From positions 1 through 32,000 of the forward strand of contig JAZPYE010000007.1 in the NCBI GenBank assembly GCA_045544035.1: 32,000 bases of DNA, read 5' to 3'. The DNA is from Acutalibacteraceae bacterium. Its GTDB lineage: Bacteria; Bacillota; Clostridia; Oscillospirales; Acutalibacteraceae. The number at the start of each line of letters is the position of its first letter. Position 1 is the stretch's first letter. A program made the translations under genes and the position numbers. Shown in pieces: positions 24,299-30,776 of the stretch. The notes beneath the pieces are model-generated. The model was given only the letters and a program-made list of their open reading frames with translations. It ran no database searches and was not told where the DNA came from.

Positions 24299-25110
24299 AC
24301 ATTCTTGCCACCCTTTTGCTCATTTTATTAAGCGCCCTTTTCATTTTTCCCATTGCTGTCATAATAATGAATTCCTTTAAAACAAGGTTTGAAATAAGCA
24401 CGGCGCCCTTCACGCTTCCAAACAGCGACACCTTTGCAGGGCTGGAGAATTATATTACGGGAATCACCGAAACAGGTTTTTTATCTGCCTTTTTTTATTC
24501 CCTTTTCATAACCGTTTTTTCGGTTTTAGCCATTGTTTTTTTTACCTCTCAAACGGCGTGGTACATTGTAAGAAGAAAATCTCGATTTACGAAAACGTTG
24601 TATTACGCCTTTGTGTTTGCAATGGTGGTGCCATTTCAAATGGTTATGTTTACCCTATCGAAAACCGCCAATCTTTTAAATCTTGATTCGCCTTTAGGCC
24701 TCGTTTTTATCTATTTGGGTTTTGGCGCGCCCCTTTCGGTGTTCCTTTTTTGCGGCTTTGTGAAAACGGTGCCGCTGGAAATTGAGCAGGCGGCCTTAGT
24801 TGATGGCTGCGGCAGTGTGAGAACCTTTTTCCTTGTGGTTTTTCCCCTTTTAAAGCCAATTTCCACAACGGTGAGCGTGCTTAACGCTATGTGGATTTGG
24901 AACGACTATCTCCTGCCGTATCTCATTATCGGAAGCGAGTATAAAACCATTCCCATTGCCGTTCAGTACCTTCGCGGCGGCTATGGCTCGGTGGATATGG
25001 GCGCCCTTATGGCGGTGCTCACCCTTTCGGTGGTTCCCGTTGTTATTTTTTATTTTTTCGGACAAAAGTTTATCATCGAGGGGGTGGCGGCAGGTGCAGT
25101 CAAGGGGTAA
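24277..25110 (+). CDS. carbohydrate ABC transporter permease (MalG/UgpE-like)
   Basis: 277-aa ORF with the EAA loop IEQAALVDGCGSVRTFFLVVFPLLKP. It overlaps the upstream permease gene by 22 nt. Confidence 0.9.
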   Translation: MAKRKTLNILATLLLILLSALFIFPIAVIIMNSFKTRFEISTAPFTLPNSDTFAGLENYITGITETGFLSAFFYSLFITVFSVLAIVFFTSQTAWYIVRRKSRFTKTLYYAFVFAMVVPFQMVMFTLSKTANLLNLDSPLGLVFIYLGFGAPLSVFLFCGFVKTVPLEIEQAALVDGCGSVRTFFLVVFPLLKPISTTVSVLNAMWIWNDYLLPYLIIGSEYKTIPIAVQYLRGGYGSVDMGALMAVLTLSVVPVVIFYFFGQKFIIEGVAAGAVKG

Positions 25111-26458
25111 GGGCATTTTGCTCCCCGTTTTTTCCCTGCCGGGTAAGGAGAGGGTTGGCACCCTAGGTGTGGGTGCCCGCTTTTTTATTGATTTTTTAAA
25201 GGAAACGGGGCAAAACTATTGGCAAATTCTCCCCCTGGGCCCCGTAGGGCAGGGCAACTCCCCCTATTCTTCCATTAGCGCCTTTGCAGGCAACGAACTT
25301 TATATTGACCTTGAGGAACTTTATAAAAAAGGGCTTTTAAAAGAAAAGCCCCGGGAAAGTGAAAATACGGGTAGGGTGGATTATAAAACTCTTAAAGCCG
25401 AAAAAATGCCGTGGCTTATTCTCGCGGCAAAGAACTTTAAGCAGGATAAGGAAATTCTTAAATTTTTAAGGGAAAACGATTTTTGGCTTTCAGATTATGC
25501 AAAATATTGTGAAAAAAGGAAAAAAATACCCCAAAACATCACAAAAGTGTTGCAGTTTTTCTTTTTTTCACAGTGGGGAAATATTCGCGGGTATGCAAAC
25601 GAGCGAGGCATTAAAATTATTGGCGATTTGCCCTTTTATGTGGGGGCGAACTCGGTTGACATAATATCTAACCCTAAAAACTTCAGGGTGGGCGAGGATT
25701 TAACCCCTACACTGCTTTCCGGTGTGCCGCCCGATGAGTTTTCAGAGGATGGCCAACTGTGGGAAACACCTGTTTATAATTTTGAAAAACAGCGCACCGA
25801 TGGCTTTAAATTTTGGCGACAAAGGATAAATCAGGCGGCCGCCCTTTATGACTGCGTGCGCCTTGACCATTTTCGTGCCTTTTCCTCCTTTTATGCCGTG
25901 CCTATGGGACAAAAAACCGCCAAAAACGGACAGTGGATTAGGGGTGTGGGTATGCCTTTTTTCGAGGCACTAAAAAAAGAATTTTCAAAAATTCAGGTCA
26001 TTGCTGAGGACCTGGGATTTTCTGATGATGACCTTAAAATGCTTATTGAGAAAACAGGCTTTCCCACAATGAAGGTGCTTCAGTTCGCCTTTGACGGCAG
26101 GGAGGACAACCCCTTTTTGCCTCAAAATTTTGATAAAAACTGTGTGTGTTACACAGGCACCCACGATAACGACACCGCCGCCTCCTGGTATGAAAACGCC
26201 GATGAGAAAACCAAAAAACGGCTACTCCAAATTTGCGGCGATGCGGGCTTTACACCCTGCGAAAAGCTGATAACCCTGGCAATGAAAAGCAGGGCAGACA
26301 CCGTGATAATTCCCTTCGCCGACTACCTTGAAAGGGGAAATGAAGCCCGCATTAACACCCCTGGAAGCGAGAGCGAGGATAATTGGTCCTGGCGGGCAAA
26401 GGAAAGCGATTTCACAGAGGATTTAAAGAAAAAGGTTGGGCGGTTATCGGAGAGGTAA
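25094..26458 (+). CDS. malQ: 4-alpha-glucanotransferase (amylomaltase, GH77)
   Basis: GILLPVFSLPGKERVGTLG, WQILPLGP...NSPYSSISAFAGN, VRLDHFRAF, IIGDLPFYV, VIAEDLG and YTGTHDND are GH77 signatures. The probable start is GTG at 25094 (GAGGGGG upstream). The ORF-track ATG at 24956 lies inside the permease gene. Confidence 0.85.
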   Translation: MQSRGKGILLPVFSLPGKERVGTLGVGARFFIDFLKETGQNYWQILPLGPVGQGNSPYSSISAFAGNELYIDLEELYKKGLLKEKPRESENTGRVDYKTLKAEKMPWLILAAKNFKQDKEILKFLRENDFWLSDYAKYCEKRKKIPQNITKVLQFFFFSQWGNIRGYANERGIKIIGDLPFYVGANSVDIISNPKNFRVGEDLTPTLLSGVPPDEFSEDGQLWETPVYNFEKQRTDGFKFWRQRINQAAALYDCVRLDHFRAFSSFYAVPMGQKTAKNGQWIRGVGMPFFEALKKEFSKIQVIAEDLGFSDDDLKMLIEKTGFPTMKVLQFAFDGREDNPFLPQNFDKNCVCYTGTHDNDTAASWYENADEKTKKRLLQICGDAGFTPCEKLITLAMKSRADTVIIPFADYLERGNEARINTPGSESEDNWSWRAKESDFTEDLKKKVGRLSER

Positions 26459-26487
26459 AAGGGAGGCTTTTACACCCAAAACACTCT

Positions 26488-26521
26488 AAAAAAACAAACC
26501 TCGGCAGAAATGCCGAGGTTT
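26488..26521 (-). terminator. intrinsic terminator of the toxin/immunity operon
   Basis: The minus-strand RNA forms AAACCUCGGCA-UUUC-UGCCGAGGUUU followed by GUUUUUUU. On the plus strand no T-run follows the hairpin. Confidence 0.7.
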
Positions 26522-26549
26522 ACATAATGTTGAGAGCAAATGAATAGTT

Positions 26550-26867
26550 TTATGATATGATTTTATATGTAAAATTGTTTTCTATAGAACTCACTCTATC
26601 AAACACTCTTAACATGATTTTGCACTCTTCTTGCAATTTTTTATCTAATGAATCCAAATTATGTATTTCAACAACATATTTTTCATCATCAAATAAATAT
26701 CTGAGACAATCCCAAAGAGCATCCCAATTTTCGCCGTAATACTGGGGTAAACCAAATTTTTCTTTAAGCATTAAGTGAATTTCGCCTAAATATTTGCATT
26801 TGGAAAAATCTAATATTATAGGGTTTTCGGTTATTTCTTTAAATGCGTGATAATCATTATAATTCAC
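26550..26867 (-). CDS. barstar-family ribonuclease inhibitor (immunity protein)
   Basis: 105-aa ORF with a GTG start. GLPQYYGENWDALWDCL matches barstar ALPEYYGENLDALWDCL, which contains the barnase-contacting Tyr29, Asp35 and Asp39. Its AGGAGG RBS overlaps the toxin stop codon. Confidence 0.85.
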   Translation of the reverse strand: MNYNDYHAFKEITENPIILDFSKCKYLGEIHLMLKEKFGLPQYYGENWDALWDCLRYLFDDEKYVVEIHNLDSLDKKLQEECKIMLRVFDRVSSIENNFTYKIIS

Positions 26868-26878
26868 TTTTTTACCTC

Positions 26879-27448
26879 CTATATAATTTCAAAAAATGTT
26901 TTGTAGTGGTCATATGTTACAAATATTAACCCATCATTTGAATAAACAACTCTCTGATTATTTCTATAACCAAATCTGTAATTTATATCCGCCTCATACC
27001 AAATACGCCCCTCTTTGCTCGGCAAATGACCATTATCATTATAATATTCTCCGCCAAATATCATCTTATCTGGACAAGACATTGATAGATTCGCTAATTT
27101 AGGCATCCAACCATTTGCTTTAGCTTCAGCACTTGTCAAATAATAATTCGGCAATTTTGATTCAAATTTTAAAGTCCAGTCTGCACCGTTTAAACCATTT
27201 ATAGTAGCAGTTCCGGCTTTTACAGTTTTCATAACAAGTATACGACATCTACACATATTATGCAACCTCGGTTCTTTTTCGGGCTTTTCGTTTATAAGCC
27301 ATATTTTTCCGTGGAGACTTCTGCAGTCATAGCAAGTTCTGATGTCTAAGTGAGCTATCCAATTTTTATATCTATTGCTTTCGCCAAAATCCGGTTTCCA
27401 ACTAAAACCATTAATTATTTGCAACAAAAGATAAGCAAAAATATCCAT
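26879..27448 (-). CDS. barnase-type ribonuclease toxin with an N-terminal MuF/SPP1-gp7 domain remnant
   Basis: Residues about 81-189 align end to end with mature barnase. The matches are LPNYYLTSAEAKANGW / LPDNYITKSEAQALGW, GRIWYEADINY / GRTWREADINY (Glu73), YRNNQRVVY / FRNSDRILY (Arg83, Arg87) and YDHYKTF / TDHYQTF (His102). Residues about 27-72, NWIAHLDIRTCYDCRSLHGKIW...PRLHNMCRCRI, match the C-terminal W..D.RTC..C..L.G...H..CRC motif of phage head-morphogenesis (Mu F / SPP1 gp7) proteins. Confidence 0.8.
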   Translation of the reverse strand: MDIFAYLLLQIINGFSWKPDFGESNRYKNWIAHLDIRTCYDCRSLHGKIWLINEKPEKEPRLHNMCRCRILVMKTVKAGTATINGLNGADWTLKFESKLPNYYLTSAEAKANGWMPKLANLSMSCPDKMIFGGEYYNDNGHLPSKEGRIWYEADINYRFGYRNNQRVVYSNDGLIFVTYDHYKTFFEII

Positions 27449-27471
27449 AAATACACCTCCTTCTAGAAACT

Positions 27472-27500
27472 ATTTTAAGTTTAAAAAAATGGACATACAA
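27472..27500 (-). promoter_or_regulatory. candidate sigma-A promoter of the toxin/immunity operon
   Basis: The minus strand has TTGTAT (plus 27495-27500), a 17-nt spacer, then TAAAAT (plus 27472-27477). A GGAGGTG RBS sits 7 nt before the ATG at 27448. Confidence 0.45.
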
Positions 27501-27706
27501 CGACATCTTTGCGACATTTTTTAAAAATATAAACGTTTTAAAAATGTAGCCTCAACGGGATACTCTGCGCTGCTTGATTTTTCGACCGTTCCGAACGGTT
27601 GCGAAAAATCTGCGTTGCTCGAGACTTCACAGTCCGAAAAGGCTATCGCGCCTTTTCGGCTGCTTCGACGAACCCCTCGGGGTCCTCATCCCTTAAAGCG
27701 CGAATA

Positions 27707-27742
27707 GAAAAAAACGAGAACCGCACAATGTGCGATTCTCGT
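27707..27742 (-). terminator. intrinsic terminator of tRNA-Arg
   Basis: The minus-strand RNA forms ACGAGAAUCGCACA-U-UGUGCGGUUCUCGU (one G-U pair) followed by UUUUUUU. Confidence 0.8.
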
Positions 27743-27745
27743 TTT

Positions 27746-27822
27746 TGGCGCGCTTTAAGGGATTCGAACCCCTGACCTTTTGGTCCGTAGCCAAACGCTC
27801 TATCCAGCTGAGCTAAAAGCGC
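27746..27822 (-). tRNA. tRNA-Arg (anticodon ACG), CCA encoded
   Basis: The minus strand reads GCGCTTT-TA-GCTC-AGCTGGATA-GAGC-G-TTTGG-CTACGGA-CCAAA-AGGTC-AGGGG-TTCGAAT-CCCTT-AAAGCGC-G-CCA. This folds into a clean cloverleaf with anticodon loop CU-ACG-GA. The 61-aa ORF 27643..27828 is its translation shadow. Confidence 0.92.
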
Positions 27823-27845
27823 AAGCATTTTTTCGATGCTAAAAG

Positions 27846-27874
27846 ATTATATCACAAACGAAAAATAAAATCAA
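27846..27874 (-). promoter_or_regulatory. sigma-A promoter of tRNA-Arg (extended -10)
   Basis: The minus strand has TTGATT (plus 27869-27874), a 17-nt spacer, then TGaTATAAT (TATAAT at plus 27846-27851). It lies about 24 nt upstream of the tRNA 5' end. Confidence 0.6.
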
Positions 27875-28005
27875 TAGGAAATTTAAAAAATTTTTATTAT
27901 GCCCCGTTTTCCATAAAAAACCTGTCAAACTTTGAAAAAACTCATTGAAAGATAGGAAAAAAAGGTATATAATCATAATATATTTTTTAAGAGGGGTTAT
28001 ATTCT

Positions 28006-29085
28006 ATGTGTAAGAAAATTATTTGTCTGCTTCTGGCGTTTTGTCTTTTGTTTTTGTGCGGTTGCTCGGGCAAAAAACCCACTGTTGATGTAAGCGAAGG
28101 CTTTAATTCATCGGGGGTTTCAGAGGAAAAAGTTTATGAAATCAACCCCTTAACGGGTGAAAAGACCCTCACCGCCGAACAGGTGAACCTGCGCCCCGTG
28201 GCTGTGTCGGTTAACAATGCCGTTGAAAGCGTGCAGACTGGCCTTGCAAAGGCTGATGTTGTTTATGAGACTGAGGTTGAGGGCGGTACAACCCGACTGC
28301 TTGCCGTTTTTAAGGATATTTCCTTGGCAGGGCAGGTGGGTCCCGTTCGCTCTGCCCGTATTCCCTTTAGTGACCTCGCAAGCGGTCACGATGCAATGTA
28401 CCTTCACTGCGGTGTTGACCCTGTATACTGCGCCAAGTATTTAGTAAATATCGGCTCCGACCATATGGATATTAACACGGGCCTTGCCGCAAATTACGGC
28501 TTCAGAGAGCCCAACGGCTTTGCCTACGAGCATACGATGTACACAAATTCCGAAAAGATTATAGATGGAATGAAGGACCTTAAAAAACGCACCACCACCG
28601 ATAGAAACACCTGGATAAGCTTCCTGCCCGAACCTGAAGAAGGTACCCCCCTCATTGCCTCTACCACCGCAAGGGAGGTTAAGGTTGTGTTTAGCGGCGC
28701 TTATTCCAATTCCTTTAGATATAACGAGGAAGAGGGCATTTATCAGCGAATTAGAAAAGGCAACTTCCACACCGATTATAAAACGGGAGAAAGGGTCAGC
28801 GTTAAAAACATTTTCGTGCTTAAAACCACCATTAGAGATTATCCCGATGGCAAACACCGCGAGGTGCTTTTAAACAGTGGCTCGGGTTATTACATAAGCA
28901 ATGGTAAATACGAGGAAATCAGTTGGTCAAAGGGCGATTATGATGACTCCTTCACTTTCACGAAGGCCGATGGCAGCGCCTTTTATGCCAACGCAGGCAA
29001 TTCCTGGATTTGCATTATAAATTCCACAGGCAGCGTTAATTTCACCGCCGCGCCCGAACCTGCTACCTCAAGCGAGGCACAATAA
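28006..29085 (+). CDS. DUF3048 domain-containing lipoprotein (YerB-like)
   Basis: 359-aa ORF with the lipobox LFLCGCSG. NPLTGE...RPVAVSVNN...GLAKADVVYETEVEGGTTRLLAVF is the characteristic DUF3048 N-terminal region. Confidence 0.8.
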   Translation: MCKKIICLLLAFCLLFLCGCSGKKPTVDVSEGFNSSGVSEEKVYEINPLTGEKTLTAEQVNLRPVAVSVNNAVESVQTGLAKADVVYETEVEGGTTRLLAVFKDISLAGQVGPVRSARIPFSDLASGHDAMYLHCGVDPVYCAKYLVNIGSDHMDINTGLAANYGFREPNGFAYEHTMYTNSEKIIDGMKDLKKRTTTDRNTWISFLPEPEEGTPLIASTTAREVKVVFSGAYSNSFRYNEEEGIYQRIRKGNFHTDYKTGERVSVKNIFVLKTTIRDYPDGKHREVLLNSGSGYYISNGKYEEISWSKGDYDDSFTFTKADGSAFYANAGNSWICIINSTGSVNFTAAPEPATSSEAQ

Positions 29086-29094
29086 AAAACAAAG

Positions 29095-29124
29095 TAAAAA
29101 AGCCGTGCAATGCACGGCTTTTTT
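29095..29124. terminator. bidirectional intrinsic terminator between the convergent DUF3048 gene and yebC
   Basis: AAAAAAGCCGTGCA-A-TGCACGGCTTTTTT is a symmetrical stem with A/T runs on both sides. Confidence 0.8.
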
Positions 29125-29139
29125 GTTTACATAATGTTT

Positions 29140-29886
29140 TTAGTCCTCATCGGGTTCCTCAGGGGCATCCCAGTTGTGCCAGATGTTCTGAACATCATCG
29201 TTTTCTTCCAGCATATCAATGAGTTTTTCCATCTTTGTAATGGCTTCCTCATCGGTAAGGGAAGTCATAGTGGAAGGAACATAGGCAACCTCGGCTGATA
29301 AAAAGGAATAGCCCTTGGCTTCCAGAGCCTCACGCACACGACCTAGTTCATTGGGGTCGGTAGAAATTTCGAAAACATCGCCGTCCTCGAAATTAAAGTC
29401 CTCGGCGCCGGCTTCCAGTGCGGCATCCATAACGGTTTCCTCATCCTTGCCCTCGGCTTCGATAAGGATAAGGCCCTTGCGCTGGAACATAAACATAACA
29501 GAGCCGGGCTGACCCAGGTTACCGCCGCATTTATCAAAATAGTGGCGCATATCGCCTGCAGTTCTGTTACGGTTGTCGGTTAAGGTTTCAACAACAACAG
29601 CAACACCCGAGGGACCGTAACCCTCGTAAACAATTTCCTCATAGTTATCGGTGTTGCCCTCTCCTGCGGCTTTCTTAATAATGCGCTCAATGTTTTCGTT
29701 GGGAACATTGGCAGCCTTTGCCTTGGCGATAACATCCTTAAGCTTGCTGTTTTCACTTAAATTGGGACCGCCCGCTTTTACAACCATGGCGATTTCTCTG
29801 CCGATTTTGGTGAAAACCTTGGCTCTGGCCTGGTCGGTTTTTTCCTTTTTTCTTTTAATGGTACTCCATTTGGAATGTCCTGACAT
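29140..29886 (-). CDS. yebC: YebC/PmpR family DNA-binding transcriptional regulator
   Basis: MSGHSKWSTIKRKKEKTDQARAKVFTKIGREI is the invariant family N-terminus. I used the ATG at 29886 rather than the TTG at 29898. Confidence 0.9.
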   Translation of the reverse strand: MSGHSKWSTIKRKKEKTDQARAKVFTKIGREIAMVVKAGGPNLSENSKLKDVIAKAKAANVPNENIERIIKKAAGEGNTDNYEEIVYEGYGPSGVAVVVETLTDNRNRTAGDMRHYFDKCGGNLGQPGSVMFMFQRKGLILIEAEGKDEETVMDAALEAGAEDFNFEDGDVFEISTDPNELGRVREALEAKGYSFLSAEVAYVPSTMTSLTDEEAITKMEKLIDMLEENDDVQNIWHNWDAPEEPDED

Positions 29887-29938
29887 TTTTAAATTCAATC
29901 CTTCTCATAAAAATTATTCAACTAAATTATATTAACAC

Positions 29939-29966
29939 AAAACCCCCTTTTGCACAAGGGGGTTTT
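29939..29966. terminator. intrinsic terminator after the VanY-like gene
   Basis: The hairpin is AAAACCCCCTT-TTGCAC-AAGGGGGTTTT. Confidence 0.7.
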
Positions 29967-29972
29967 AAAATT

Positions 29973-30776
29973 TTAATAAAGGGTTGCTAAATATTCCTCG
30001 AACACCTTGCCGCTTTCCCTTATAAGTTTGGCGTTTTCCTTGCCAACATAGCGGTAGTGCCAGGGCTCGGGGATAATGCCGGTGGTGTCCTGTTTGTCAT
30101 CGGGATAGCGGTAGATAAAGCCATAATCCCAACAATTTTCCTGAAGCCACTTAAATTCCTCGGTGTAACGGAAACTGTCATCGGTTGAGTTAAAGTCAAC
30201 AGCCAACCCGAGTTGATGCTCGCTGGTTCCCGGAATGGCAACTGCCGTTGCGGCTTCGATTTCTGCCTGCTTTCTTGTGTAATCGGGGTTGGCTGCCATA
30301 ACGCGGGCTACCTTGTTGTCAAAAAGGGCTTGTTGTTCTGCCATTGTTCTGGTTGATGAAACGAGAACAAGGTTAACACCCTCTCGCCTGGCATCATCCA
30401 TCATAGCAATAAGGTCGTTAAAGCCCACAGTTGCAAAGTGCATATTAGCCCAGGTGCCGTAGCCTGCGGGAATGGGGGTGGTTCTAGGCTTAAAGCCCTC
30501 GGGCAGGGGAACCCAGGGGTTAACCAGCATCATAAGATACTCCTCATCGTCAATGGGGGTGTAATCGGTGTTAGAGGAAAGGGAGGAGGTCTCAGTTGCA
30601 GAGGAAGCCTCACTTGATACCTCACTTGATACCTCACTTGAAACGGCTGAGCTTGTGCCCACCTCGGTTACAGAGGAGGACTGCTGAGAGCTGCCTACAA
30701 TATCGTTTCCCCCGCAGCCGCAAAGGGCAAGAAGCAGTGCAAAGCACAAAACAAGAGCAACAATTTTAGATTTCAT
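29973..30776 (-). CDS. M15 family D-alanyl-D-alanine carboxypeptidase (VanY-like) lipoprotein
   Basis: The preferred start is the ATG at 30776 (MKSKIVALVLCFALLLALCGCGG, lipobox; GGGAGGA RBS). VanY motifs are GTSEHQLGLAVDF and PEPWHYRYVG. A Ser-rich linker contains (SSEV)n. Confidence 0.8.
   Translation of the reverse strand: MKSKIVALVLCFALLLALCGCGGNDIVGSSQQSSSVTEVGTSSAVSSEVSSEVSSEASSATETSSLSSNTDYTPIDDEEYLMMLVNPWVPLPEGFKPRTTPIPAGYGTWANMHFATVGFNDLIAMMDDARREGVNLVLVSSTRTMAEQQALFDNKVARVMAANPDYTRKQAEIEAATAVAIPGTSEHQLGLAVDFNSTDDSFRYTEEFKWLQENCWDYGFIYRYPDDKQDTTGIIPEPWHYRYVGKENAKLIRESGKVFEEYLATLY
30608..30643. repeat. 3 x 12-nt in-frame tandem repeat inside the VanY-like gene
   Basis: CCTCACTTGATA CCTCACTTGATA CCTCACTTGAAA encodes the SSEVSSEVSSEV part of the linker. 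Confidence 0.9.

Noticed and set aside
24956-25093. The ORF track extends malQ by 46 codons.
   Set aside because: The extension lies entirely inside the MalG-like permease gene in another frame. GH77 homology starts at GILLPVFSLPG, and GTG at 25094 has an upstream GAGGGGG.
26459-26549. I looked for a direct repeat of the tRNA-Arg 3' end (attL/attR) at the far side of the toxin islet.
   Set aside because: Nothing resembling CGCGCTTTAAGGGAT is present there. Only the inverted copy at 27688-27702 exists, so a simple integrase-bounded island cannot be claimed.
27576-27610. The GTTC/GAAC-containing palindrome ACCGTTCCGAACGGT as a possible LexA (Cheo) box.
   Set aside because: The half-sites are in the wrong order and spacing (GTTC-C-GAAC rather than GAAC-N4-GTTC). 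I treat it only as a hairpin within the structured region.
27643-27828. A 61-aa ORF (MLALLAQLDRAFGYGPKGQGFESL...).
   Set aside because: It is a translation shadow of tRNA-Arg plus its terminator. The ...GFES... string is the usual artefact of translating a T-arm.
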